From assembly GCA_036385045.1 (NCBI GenBank), contig DASVLC010000022.1, positions 4,034 through 68,033 of the forward strand: a DNA stretch of 64,000 nucleotides, given 5' to 3'. The stretch is from Thermoanaerobaculia bacterium (GTDB lineage: Bacteria > Acidobacteriota > Thermoanaerobaculia > Gp7-AA8). A program made the position numbers and the translations under genes. The notes under the pieces were generated by a model. It worked only from the letters and a program-made list of their open reading frames with translations, did no database searches and was not told the DNA's origin. Numbering within the stretch: the stretch's first letter is position 1; every line of letters begins with the position of its first letter. Below are positions 25,613 through 35,857 of the stretch, piece by piece.

Positions 25613-27718
25613 ATGACTTACTCAGGGAACTCCTCTTTGCCTCCTGCGGTTCAGGACCGCGTACTCTCGACGTTCGAGCAGGCGCTGAACTTGTACCGGC
25701 AGGGACGCACCGCCGAAGTCGTAGCCGGATGCAACCTGATCAGTCAGATGGATCCGACGTTCGAACCTGCAAGACAGCTGCTACAGAAGGTGGAGAACCC
25801 CTCTCTGCCGATCGAGGTCGACGCGCTCGTGCCCAGGACGAGTGGCGACCCCATCCAGCCGGCGCGTGATGCGATGGCGGCCCGCGACTTTCAACGCGTG
25901 ATTCACGTCACCACGGAGATCCTCACCGACGATCTCCTCAATGACGAGGCTCGAATCCTCGGTGATCAGGCGCGTGACATGCTCGAAGCGTCACCGTTCG
26001 TCGAACAGTTCGCCCGAAAGTGCGACCAGCTGATCGCCGCCGGAAACCTGACCGCGGCGAGATCCGAGCTCGAGAAAGCGCGCGCTCTCGACCCCACTCA
26101 CCCCGCGGTTCTGCGCGTGGCGAGCGCAATCGCGAGCCGCGACTCATCGGCACCAGCTTCTTTCGTGGTCGATGACTCCTCTTCTCCATCCGGACGGCCT
26201 CCCGCTCAGGCGGCGGACTTCGGCTTCTCGTTCGAAGAGGAGAAGTCAGGGCCCGAAACGTTCGAAGGCTTCTCATTCGAAGCGCCTGAGCCGGCTCCGC
26301 AGGAGATGGAGGTCGGCGCATTCTCATTCGATACCCCGGATGAGCCGGAAGCTCCAGCCTTCGCGAACTTCTCGTTCGATCCCGCTCCCGAGGTTTCCAG
26401 TGCGTCATCGGACGCGCCGTCATTCGACTTCAACGCGGCCTCGATCGAAACCGCGCCCGACGATCAGAAGAAAATCGATCAATACCTCGCCGACGGCGAC
26501 AGAGCGGCGGCGGCCGGAGATCATCAGCAGGCAATCGACCTCTGGTCGCGGATCTTTCTGATCGACGTCACGAACGAGCCGGCTTCCGACCGGATCGAAC
26601 GGATGAAGGTGAAACGGAGGGAGATCGACGAGACCGTCGATCCTCTGCTGACGTCGGGACTCGATGCCTTCGGACGAGGAGACACAGCCCAGGCGCACGC
26701 CGACTTCACCGAGGTGCTCCGGATCGACCCGTACAACCGTTCCGCGCAGGAGCACCTCGAGCGGCTAGGCGAGACGATCGAGGGCGGCGGCCGCGCCCCG
26801 GTGGCGCCAGGCCGAGATTCGCACTCGCTCGACATGCTGGACGATGACATGTCGAGCAATCGGTTCGACATTGCGATCCCCCCATCTGAAGCCGCGCCGA
26901 AAACCTCTGAGCGCTCGAAGACCGCCCGGAAAGCGAAACCCGCTCGCGCTCTTCCCGTCGCGGCCATCGCGGCGCTACTCGGCCTCGTGGTCCTCGGCGC
27001 CGCCGGATGGTTCGCATGGACACAGTACATGCGACCTGCCACCGTCGATCCTGCGACCTCACAGAGCGTGATGGCGCGGGCCTCGGCCCTCGGCGACGCG
27101 GGAAACTTCGATCAGGCCATCGCTCTGCTGCAGGACATCAAGCCGACTGATCCTCTTCATGACAAGGCACTCGTCATGATTTCCGATCTCCAGCAGAAGA
27201 AGTCGAACTCCGCGCAGATGATCGATGGTGTGCCCGCTGCGCAGTACTACCAGGAAAGCCTCGAAGCGGCCCGGGTCGCATTCGAGGCCCACGATTACAG
27301 CACCGCCAAGGTTGCTTTCGAACAGGCGATGAGAGTCAGGCCGCTCCCCGACGAGTCGAAGCCCGCTTACGACACAGCAGCTGAGCAAGTGAGCAAGCTG
27401 GGCGCCGCGACTGCACTCTTCGAGGACCGCAAGTACGAGGACGCGATCGCGAGCCTGCAGCCGCTTCTCGAGCAGGACCCAAGGAACCAGAGCGTTCTTC
27501 GCATGATCGTCGATGCTCACTTCAATCTGGGCGCGACCGCACTACAGCAGGAACGGACCTCTGACGCGATCCGGCTGTTCGAGCAGGTCCTCGAACTAAA
27601 CCCATCGGACGAGCTAGCCAGACGAAGCCGCGACCTCGCGACGCGCTACGACCAACAGCCGAAGGATCTTCTTTTTCGAATCTACGTAAGATATCTGCCG
27701 CTGCGCAAAGCACAGTGA
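25613..27718 (+). CDS. TPR-repeat membrane protein with an acidic FSF(D/E) repeat linker
   Basis: TPR-like helices at both ends. One TM (LPVAAIAALLGLVVLGAAGWFAW). The start at ATG 25613 is uncertain. Confidence 0.65.
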   Translation: MTYSGNSSLPPAVQDRVLSTFEQALNLYRQGRTAEVVAGCNLISQMDPTFEPARQLLQKVENPSLPIEVDALVPRTSGDPIQPARDAMAARDFQRVIHVTTEILTDDLLNDEARILGDQARDMLEASPFVEQFARKCDQLIAAGNLTAARSELEKARALDPTHPAVLRVASAIASRDSSAPASFVVDDSSSPSGRPPAQAADFGFSFEEEKSGPETFEGFSFEAPEPAPQEMEVGAFSFDTPDEPEAPAFANFSFDPAPEVSSASSDAPSFDFNAASIETAPDDQKKIDQYLADGDRAAAAGDHQQAIDLWSRIFLIDVTNEPASDRIERMKVKRREIDETVDPLLTSGLDAFGRGDTAQAHADFTEVLRIDPYNRSAQEHLERLGETIEGGGRAPVAPGRDSHSLDMLDDDMSSNRFDIAIPPSEAAPKTSERSKTARKAKPARALPVAAIAALLGLVVLGAAGWFAWTQYMRPATVDPATSQSVMARASALGDAGNFDQAIALLQDIKPTDPLHDKALVMISDLQQKKSNSAQMIDGVPAAQYYQESLEAARVAFEAHDYSTAKVAFEQAMRVRPLPDESKPAYDTAAEQVSKLGAATALFEDRKYEDAIASLQPLLEQDPRNQSVLRMIVDAHFNLGATALQQERTSDAIRLFEQVLELNPSDELARRSRDLATRYDQQPKDLLFRIYVRYLPLRKAQ

Positions 27719-27761
27719 GTTGATCTGAGGAACGGCCGCGCTGGTTGCGGACAGGGAGGGT

Positions 27762-28220
27762 GTGATGCGATTTGACGAGATCGAGCTCGAAACCGTTCCA
27801 CTGATGCCGGAAGCTGAAGCAGAACCTCTCCCACCGGAGTCCGGAGCTCCGCGAGCACGCCGGCTTCTGGCGCTGCTGACAGACCTCTCGCTCTTCGCCG
27901 CCGTTTCCCTGGCGCTCGCACCGCTTCTGCCCGAACCGGCAGGCTGGGCTCACCTGGTCGCACTCGGCGGATTCGTGACCGTGGTCTCCTACTACTACTT
28001 CGTCGGGAGCTGGCTCCTCTGGGGAAAAACGATCGGCGGCGCGATCTTTGATGTCCGCGTCGTTCCCGCTGACGCGGCCCCCATGTCGCTCAGCAATGCA
28101 TCGTGGCGGTGGGCCGGCGTCGTGATCTCACTGCTTGGCGCAGGCGCCGGATTTGCCCTGGCGGCCCTCCCCGCCCGGCTCTCACTCGCCGATCGCGTGT
28201 CGAACACGCGGAGCGTGTGA
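27762..28220 (+). CDS. RDD family membrane protein
   Basis: RRLLALLTDLSLF..., WGKTIGGAIFDVRVV, and C-terminal LADRVSNTRSV, which fit the RDD pattern. Confidence 0.7.
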   Translation: MMRFDEIELETVPLMPEAEAEPLPPESGAPRARRLLALLTDLSLFAAVSLALAPLLPEPAGWAHLVALGGFVTVVSYYYFVGSWLLWGKTIGGAIFDVRVVPADAAPMSLSNASWRWAGVVISLLGAGAGFALAALPARLSLADRVSNTRSV

Positions 28221-28344
28221 CCCCGCGCGACCGGTGAACTTGAGATGACACAATCGTCATTTTGAGCGCCAGGCAACGGCGTGACGCCGTGACTGAGGAC
28301 GATGCCAAAACGATTGATGTCACTGAAAGCCGTCAGTAGCCGTC

Positions 28345-29190
28345 CTACAGTGCCACGCCAACGTCGTTCGCGCTGACTTTCCCTGCTTCGACCCAGGCGA
28401 AACGGGTGATGAGGGAGCCGATGAGAGTCGAGGCCGCCGCGGCTTTCCGCGCACCCAGCAGTCGAAGTACGAGAGGAACCGGCCCGGAGAGCGTTCCACC
28501 GAGTCGAGTCAGACGGCCGGTACCGCCATGCCGTAAAGGCTCCGATTCCGGGTCGCGCCGCCCTTCGATCGCCGCGCCTGTCAGCGTCTCGAATACTGCC
28601 GCTCCGAGCGCCAGACCATTCAACGCCGGAAGCCGGTGCCCTCGAAGCTCGAGAAGAGAAACAGCAGAGCCTAACGACGAAGCACCGAAGTGAACCGGCA
28701 ACATGCGGACGTGACTCTTCCACACGGGAATCGCTGTCGCGCCGAGCAACACGCCGGTGTATGTCGCCATCACCAGCCCCGTGATCCCGGCAAGAATGCC
28801 TGAGACATCCCCCACAATCTTCACCGGACAGGCCGTCCTGCGCGACACGAGATCAGCAGAGACGCTCGTAGTGGTAAGAGCGCCGAAGACCGCGACCGTC
28901 CAGGCCCCCACCGACATCGGCGACTGAAGTTTGAAGACCCTCAACATGTAGAGGAACCGGTCCGGCCGTCCGAGGTCGGCGACCAGAAGAGGTCCCGAGA
29001 CCGCGGCACCTGCAGCGGCTATCCAGCGTGCGTCGCGGACGACATCATCACCGGCTCGTGTCAACTGCGCGGCCGCGGCGAGTACCGCTGCGGCTCCGGC
29101 CGCGCCGCCGGTGAAGAAGTAGACCGGGACCTCCCAGGTCCAGACCGGGCCTTTGAGGAGTGGAAGATCGTGGTACGAGCTCGCCGTCAT
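28345..29190 (-). CDS. NrfD/PsrC-like integral membrane subunit of the formate dehydrogenase complex
   Basis: Start at ATG 29190 overlaps the beta-subunit stop (ATGA). VWTWEVPVYFFTGGAAGAAAV and multiple TM helices. Confidence 0.75.
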   Translation of the reverse strand: MTASSYHDLPLLKGPVWTWEVPVYFFTGGAAGAAAVLAAAAQLTRAGDDVVRDARWIAAAGAAVSGPLLVADLGRPDRFLYMLRVFKLQSPMSVGAWTVAVFGALTTTSVSADLVSRRTACPVKIVGDVSGILAGITGLVMATYTGVLLGATAIPVWKSHVRMLPVHFGASSLGSAVSLLELRGHRLPALNGLALGAAVFETLTGAAIEGRRDPESEPLRHGGTGRLTRLGGTLSGPVPLVLRLLGARKAAAASTLIGSLITRFAWVEAGKVSANDVGVAL

Positions 29191-30029
29191 CGGTTCTGAA
29201 GCGTCTCGCGCGACGCCTCCTCCCGCCGTCGCGGCTTCCCGCCGAGCCCAAAAGCCAGCAGCGCCCCGACTGCCATGATCCCGGCAGTTGCGGCAGCAGC
29301 CGTCCATGCAGGCTTCAGCAGGGTAGTCGGCACCTCGGGATTCACCGGCAGGTTGTACTGCCTGGAATCGCCACGGATGAGAAAGAAGGCGTGCGTGCCT
29401 CCGACCGAGGTGTCCTTCGGATTCCAGATTGCCGCATCCTGCATTCCCGCGGAATGCAGTTTCGCGATGCGCGCGTCGGCGAGCCTCTCGAGCTCGTCGA
29501 GCTTCCCGAACAGAATCGACTCCGTGGGACAGGCCTTGGCGCAGGCGGGCTGCTCACCTTCCTTCTGGCGGTCGTAGCAGAACGTGCACTTGAATGCACG
29601 ACCGTCGTCTGGCCTGCGGTCGACGACCCCGAAGGGGCAGGTGACGACGCAGTATCCGCAACCGTTGCAGATGTCCGGCTGGATATAGACCCCTCCGAAC
29701 TCCGTCCTGATGATCGAGCCGGTCGGACATGCTTCCAGGCACCCCGCGTGTTCGCAGTGCTTGCAGACATCGGAAGAGAACTGCCAGGTCATCTGCGCCG
29801 GCGAGTTGCCGCCGACTCCGATTGTCGTGTCGTGCTCGACGAACTTCACATGTCTCCAGCTGGAATGCCCCAGGCCGAGCGTGTTGTCATAGGAGAGCCC
29901 CGACCAGAGGAATCCGTCGTGCGGAACGTCATTCCACTCCTTGCACGCGACCTCGCACGCCTTGCATCCGATACAGAGCGTGGAGTCGGTGAAGAACCCG
30001 GTGGTTCCCGCATCCCTACTCAAGGCCAC
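29187..30029 (-). CDS. Formate dehydrogenase iron-sulfur (beta) subunit, FdnH/FdoH-like
   Basis: Four Cys clusters (CIGCKACEVAC, CKHCEHAGCLEAC, CNGCGYCVVTC, CTFCYDR...CAKAC) and a C-terminal TM anchor. Confidence 0.9.
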   Translation of the reverse strand: MALSRDAGTTGFFTDSTLCIGCKACEVACKEWNDVPHDGFLWSGLSYDNTLGLGHSSWRHVKFVEHDTTIGVGGNSPAQMTWQFSSDVCKHCEHAGCLEACPTGSIIRTEFGGVYIQPDICNGCGYCVVTCPFGVVDRRPDDGRAFKCTFCYDRQKEGEQPACAKACPTESILFGKLDELERLADARIAKLHSAGMQDAAIWNPKDTSVGGTHAFFLIRGDSRQYNLPVNPEVPTTLLKPAWTAAAATAGIMAVGALLAFGLGGKPRRREEASRETLQNR

Positions 30030-33000
30030 CCCCGCGCCCCGCTCCTTCCTGCTCTGGGACGGTCTCCTGCAGCTTCGTGAGACGGCACGTCAACCCCTTC
30101 GACTCGAAGATCCTGACGTTAGGCTCTTCCGAAATGGCGAGCAGGTCGTTCACGACATCGCCGGTCACGAGCCCCTTCTCACCCCAGTGGTACGGCAGAC
30201 CTACCTGATGGACGCGCTTGCCGTCGATATCGAGAGAGGGCATGCGAGTGGTCACCAGCGCTCGCGCGCGGATCGAGCCACGTGCAGTCGAGATCCTCAC
30301 CATCTCTCCGTTCGTCACACCAGCCTCCGCCGCAAGCTCGGGAGAGATCTCGGTAAAGAGCTCCGGCTGCAACTCAGCGAGATGCGAAAGGGTACGCGAC
30401 ATCCCTCCGGCCGTGTGATGCTCGGTCAGACGGTAGGTTGTCAGGACGTGAGGAAAACGATCGTCGGGTGAAGAGGCGTAAGGATTATCGGGCCGCTCGA
30501 ATCGGAGCGCCGCTGGATTCGACTGCTGCGCATAGAGCGGATTGCGGAGGTTCGACTCGAGTGGCTCGTAGTGCGTCGGCAACGGCCCGTCCTTCAACCC
30601 GGACGGCACCCACAGCCAGCCCAGTCCGTCCGGATGCATGATGAACGGCGCATCGCCGGCGATCGCCTCGTCGCCCCCCGACGAGACGTCGGGACGGTAG
30701 TCGGGCCGTTTGCCACGCGTGAAATCGGCTACGTCATGACCGACCCACTCGCCCGATGCCTCGTCCCACCAGACGAGCGCCTTCCGTTCACTCCACGGTG
30801 AGCCGTCAGGACGCGCGGAGGCGCGGTTGTAGAGGATGCGCCGGTCGAGCGGCCAGGTGTAACCCCAGCCATGCCCGTATCGCCCCTTCGGCTGGCGCGC
30901 GTTCGCCCGATTCACACCATCGAAGACTCCGGAATAGATCCAGCAGCCACACGACGTCGATCCATCGGCCTTCAGCTCCCCGAAGTGACGGATCGGTGCG
31001 TCACCCGCGCTCCCATGAATCTCCTGCAGCACCTCGGTCGCTTCTTCGTCCGCGTAGTCCCAGGTGAGAGCGCGTAGCGGCGCATCGCGTTGGCCATCGG
31101 ATGCCATCGCCTTCAGCTTTCGTCCGAGCGCGACCATGAACTGCAGTTCACTCCGCGCGTCGCCGGGCGGCTCGACCGCCTTTTCACGCCATTGCAGGAG
31201 CCGCTGCGTATTCGTGAACGTCCCTTCCTTCTCGACATGAGATGCCGCGGGAAAGAAGAAGACTTCGGTCTCGATGGTTTCCGGAGAGCTTTCCCAGAAC
31301 GCCGCCGTCTCGGTTTCGACGAGATCACGAACGACGAGCCATTTGAGCCTGCCGAGGGCGGCGCGTTCGAGCTTTGCATTGGGAGAGCCGACGGCGGGGT
31401 TCTGACCCATTACGACGAGCCCTTCCAGTTTTCCGTCGGCCATATCCAGCCAGTAGCCGAAATAGGAGTGATCGCCCGTCAGACGCGGAAGCCATGAAAA
31501 GCCGAAGTCGTTCGTCGCAGTCGCCGCCTCGCCGTAGTACGCCTTCAGCAGACTCACCATGTAGCGGTCGATGTTGTGCCACCATCCCTTCGAAGCCTGG
31601 TGCTTTTCGAGGTAGCACGAGAGGTCTGTCTCCTCGGACGAGGGCATCGGCAGATAGCCGGGCAGGATGTCGAAGAGCGTCGGGATGTCGGTCGAGCCCT
31701 GAATCGACGCATGCCCGCGGAGGGCCATGATGCCGCCACCGGGACGTCCGATGTTCCCGAGCAGCAACTGAAGAATCGCAGCTGCGCGAATGGTCTGCAC
31801 TCCTGTCGAGTGCTGAGTCCATCCCACCGCATAACAGATGGCACCGGTCTTCTCAGGGCCCGACGCACTCGTGAAGACATCTGCGATTTCGAGAAAGGCA
31901 TTGGCCGGGATCCCGCACGACCGCTCGACGACCTCCGGTGTGTAGCGTGCGAAGTGCCTCTTCAGGACCTGGAAGACACAACGCGGGTCCTGAAGGGTGT
32001 CGTCGCGAAGCGGGTTCTCATGTGCGCGCGCGGTGCCCTGCCCCTCGCCCCTGGTCCCGGCGTCGAATGCTCCATCCTCGTCGCTGCGGTACTTCCAGGT
32101 CTCGGCACCGGAAAAGATCCCGCCGAGATCCTCGGTGTCCTGAAAATCGTCGCGAAGGAGAACCGCGGCGTTCGTGTAGTGAATGACGTAGTCGCGAAAC
32201 CAGCGCTCGCCGACGAGAACGTAGTTGATCAGCGCACCGAGGAAGACGAGGTCGCTTCCCGCTCGAAGCGGCAGCCAGTAATCGGCCATCGCGGACGTGC
32301 GGGTGAAGCGAGGATCGACATGAATGATCTTCGCTCCGTTCTTCTCCCGCGCCTCCATCACCCACTGGAAACCGACCGGATGATTCTCCGCCATCGAGGA
32401 GCCCATGATCAGAATCGCATCAGCGTTCGCGAGATCCTGCTGGGCAGTCGTTGCCCCGCCGCGTCCGTAAGTGGTGCCCAGACCGGGCACCGTGGAGCTG
32501 TGTCATATCCTGGCCTGATTACTCAGGCAGACCATTCCCAGCCCGGCGGTGAACAACTTCTTGATCAGATAGTTTTCCTCGATGTCGAGCGTCGCACCGC
32601 CGAGATGAGCGATACCGGTGGTGTGCATGTGCTGCTCGTCGAACGTCCGCTCGCGAGAGGACCAGATTCGCTCTGCAACCATCTCCACGGCGGACTCGAG
32701 ATCGAGCTCCACCCAGTGAGCGGAGCGTGGCGCGCGGTACTTCACCTTCGTCGCGCGTGCCGGATGGGTCACGAGCTCGTAACTGGCAGCTCCTTTGGGG
32801 CAGAGATGGCCGCGGGAAATGGGCGACGCAGGATCGCCCTCGATACTCACGACGCGCCCGTCACGATGATGAACGAGTTGCCCGCATCCGACCGCACAGT
32901 ACGGGCAGACGGAGCGAGCCACTTCGGTGTCGTGGTTCTTCCGCCGAAGCGATCGAGTCGCGTCGCTCATCGCCTCACGGTGAGTTCCGTCACCCTCACC

Positions 33001-33048
33001 GCGGAGCTGGCGTATCAACGGCCACTTCAGGAAGAGCTCGGCAAACAT
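30016..33048 (-). CDS. Formate dehydrogenase alpha subunit (molybdopterin), selenocysteine-containing
   Basis: ORFs 32503..33048 and 30016..32490 are one gene joined by an in-frame TGA at 32503-32505. The junction reads ...SNQARI-U-HSSTVPGLGTTYGRGG, matching the FdnG/FdhF Sec context. N-terminal CPYCAVGCG Fe-S motif. Confidence 0.85.
32473..32491 (-). promoter_or_regulatory. SECIS-like hairpin downstream of the UGA
   Basis: The mRNA reads GGUGCCC-GGUCU-GGGCACC and starts 11 nt after the UGA. The GGUCU apical loop resembles the E. coli fdhF SECIS. Confidence 0.6.
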
Positions 33049-33139
33049 TCGGTCGTGGGTCGAAGTCTACACGGAGCACTCGCACCGCGCACGCCCGCTC
33101 AGTCAGACCGGGCGTGCCGCGGTTTGCTGAGGTGGCCGT

Positions 33140-35689
33140 TTACGGCCGCGCGAGTGTGACGACCGGGGATGTCCACGTCTCCCAGTGCGCCGCGTTGTCG
33201 TCGTCTCCGAGAGCCTTCAGCACCGAGAGTCTGATCACGTAGTCGCCATTCGGAACGGTGTGCTCTTTCTTCCCCGAGATCGTAGTGCCGTCGAACGGAA
33301 AGGCGAAGTACGAGGTCGATGTCGCGTTACGAGGCAGATACTCCAGGTCGAATGCGCGGTGCCAGGCCTTCCCGGTCACTGCAAAGACCTCCGCCCGTAG
33401 CCGGCGTGATGGGTGATCCAGATGGACGCAGACATTCGGAATCTCGTTGATCGCATTCAGTGCCCAGGTGCCACCGGTACCGTCAGCGAGCAGAGCGTAA
33501 GGGCCGCCAAGAGCTGTCTGACGGCAAATCCGTGGGAAACCGTTCGCCGTCGGGACGAGCACCTGAATCGACTGATAATCCCCTTTGAGGCCGGCGTAAG
33601 GGACTCTGTAGACGTCGCCTCCACCCTGCGGCGTGAAGACGATGTAGCCACCGTAGACTCCATGATCGGGTAGCGAAGCAGCCGGAGCGATCGTGACATC
33701 GACGTTCCTGTTTCCATTCCCTGGAACCGTGACCGTTGACTGACTGAACACGACCGATGCGGGCGCGTTGCTCGCAGAGACCGCGAAGGTCCCGGAACTC
33801 GCGAGCGATGCGGAGTGGGTCACGTCATACGTAACCGGCTGCTTCGAGGAATTCGAGATCTTCAAGGTGCTGACGGATGGTCCACCCTCACTTTCTCCGA
33901 GTGAGAGCTTCGATGGCTCGATCTTCGTGGTCGAGAGGATCGCTTTGTCGACCTGCAGCATTCCCGCTCCCTGGCGATGAACCATATCGAGAAACCCGAG
34001 CGAGGGGTTCCCAGCCCAGAGCTTAGGTACGGCGCTGTTCTGAAGAATGCCCCGCATCGCCTGAGCTGGAGTCTTCGGCCGCGCCTGAAGGATTAGAGCC
34101 GCCGCACCTGCAACATGAGGAGCGGCCATTGAGGTCCCGCTGAGATTCGCATACGGAATGATCTCGAGCGCGTACGTGGAGCGGATCGCCTGACCGGGCG
34201 CTCCGATGTCCGGCTTGACGGAAAGGTCCGGCGCCAGACCATACGAGCTGCTGCTCGCGATCAGACCACCAGCCGCCTGCGGAGTCGACACGACATCGGT
34301 CGTCCAGGTCAGATCGACAGGACCATTCGCAAGACGCCCGTCGATCAGATTCCCGCTTGCCTGCGTGATCCCCACCACCGGAATCGTGAGCTGGGGAGTT
34401 CCGACCGCCCAGACGATGTAGGCTCCCGGCCCGTCCCTGTATAGAACGACGCCCGCGGCACCAGCCAACTCCGCATTCCGCGCCTTTTCGTACTCCGAAC
34501 AGGTCCCTCTCCGGATCAAAGCGATTTTTCCAGTGAGACTGCCCGCCGCGGGAGCAACCGCGTTGCACGCATCGTTCGTCGTGGTCGACGTACCGGTTCG
34601 AGCCAGCGGCGCCGTTCCGGAGAACGGAGCGGGGGCAACACCAGCAGCCGAGATGTATTCGATGAGCATGGAGTCGGGTGAGATCGAGAACGCCGTGCCG
34701 TGACTGTGAGTATTGTTGAAACTGGCGACGCCGATGACCTTTTCGCCAACTCCCGGAGCGCCGGCCGCATAAACGCCTCTTGCCCCGTCGTTCCCGATCG
34801 AAGCTACTACGACCACGCCGCGGTTCACGAGTCTCGTCGCGGCGCGTGCGGTTGGGTACTCCGGCCACTGCAACGCGACCCCAAGGCTCATGTTGACGAT
34901 GTGCATCCCGTCGGCGAGAGCGCGCTCCATCGCTGCGATGACGATGTCGGCAGTAGTGATACCGCTGCAGCCGAAGACGCGGTAGGCGCCGAAGGTCACC
35001 CCCGGCGCGACACCGCGAATGACACCATTCGCTCCGACGATCCCGGCCACGTGCGTTCCGTGCCCGTAGCAGGTATCGTCGGGCCAGGGATCGGGAGAGG
35101 GCACGCTGCTGCCAGTGCCGTAGTCATCACCGACGAAATCCCAGCCGGTAAAGACGCGACAGCCGCCGCCGAAACAGCCGCCGAGATCCGGGTGGTCATA
35201 GTCGACTCCCGTGTCGATGATGCCGACCCGGATACCGGTGCCGTCATAGCCAAGCTCGGACTGCACGATGTCTGCGCCGGTCATCGCCAGAGCAGTCACC
35301 AGATTCGTTCCTTCGCTCTCGCGAACCTCAGGCAGAGACTCCGTGATCACCGGCCAGACAGCTTTGACTCCCGGGATGCGCGCGAGTTTCGGAAGCTCGG
35401 ATGGGTCGATCCTCACTGAGAAGCCGTTAAACAGAGTATCGAACGAGTAGCGCTCTGCGTACTGCACTCCGGCCTTCTTCGCATCTGCGCGAAAGGCGTT
35501 CTTCTCCGCCTTGAGCGAACGGGAGTTCCCCCCCTCTGAGGAAGGAGCGCCCGACAGCTCGACGAACCAGAGATCCGGCGTCTCATTGACCGGAACCTCG
35601 CCCGCCCCCCGCACATCGACCGGTTGCGCGTTCGACAAGAAAGGGATTGCCAGACAGAGAACGGCCGCACCTATTCCGCTTCGCTTCAT
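33140..35689 (-). CDS. Secreted S8 subtilisin-family serine protease with a PA-like insert and C-terminal beta domains
   Basis: Catalytic triad motifs DTGVDYDHPDL, HGTHVAGIVG and SGTSMAAPHVAG. Start at ATG 35689 behind AGGAGA, followed by a signal peptide. Confidence 0.9.
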   Translation of the reverse strand: MKRSGIGAAVLCLAIPFLSNAQPVDVRGAGEVPVNETPDLWFVELSGAPSSEGGNSRSLKAEKNAFRADAKKAGVQYAERYSFDTLFNGFSVRIDPSELPKLARIPGVKAVWPVITESLPEVRESEGTNLVTALAMTGADIVQSELGYDGTGIRVGIIDTGVDYDHPDLGGCFGGGCRVFTGWDFVGDDYGTGSSVPSPDPWPDDTCYGHGTHVAGIVGANGVIRGVAPGVTFGAYRVFGCSGITTADIVIAAMERALADGMHIVNMSLGVALQWPEYPTARAATRLVNRGVVVVASIGNDGARGVYAAGAPGVGEKVIGVASFNNTHSHGTAFSISPDSMLIEYISAAGVAPAPFSGTAPLARTGTSTTTNDACNAVAPAAGSLTGKIALIRRGTCSEYEKARNAELAGAAGVVLYRDGPGAYIVWAVGTPQLTIPVVGITQASGNLIDGRLANGPVDLTWTTDVVSTPQAAGGLIASSSSYGLAPDLSVKPDIGAPGQAIRSTYALEIIPYANLSGTSMAAPHVAGAAALILQARPKTPAQAMRGILQNSAVPKLWAGNPSLGFLDMVHRQGAGMLQVDKAILSTTKIEPSKLSLGESEGGPSVSTLKISNSSKQPVTYDVTHSASLASSGTFAVSASNAPASVVFSQSTVTVPGNGNRNVDVTIAPAASLPDHGVYGGYIVFTPQGGGDVYRVPYAGLKGDYQSIQVLVPTANGFPRICRQTALGGPYALLADGTGGTWALNAINEIPNVCVHLDHPSRRLRAEVFAVTGKAWHRAFDLEYLPRNATSTSYFAFPFDGTTISGKKEHTVPNGDYVIRLSVLKALGDDDNAAHWETWTSPVVTLARP

Positions 35690-35857
35690 CGATTTCTCCT
35701 GACCCACGACAAGGGTCCACCGGTTGCTGAGCCTGAGGGACCGCACGCAGTTTACCAGCGCACCGCCCAGGAAGGGGTTTGTCCGCGCGTGCACCTCGGC
35801 CGGGGACCCGTCCGCCGGCATCCCTCAATCAAACGTGCGCATACAATCGCCTCACCC

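Noticed and set aside
32491-33048. Treating 32503..33048 and 30016..32490 as two separate genes or a disrupted pseudogene.
   Set aside because: They share one frame, the single intervening codon is TGA at the conserved Sec/Cys position, and a SECIS-like hairpin follows. The selenoprotein reading is more parsimonious.
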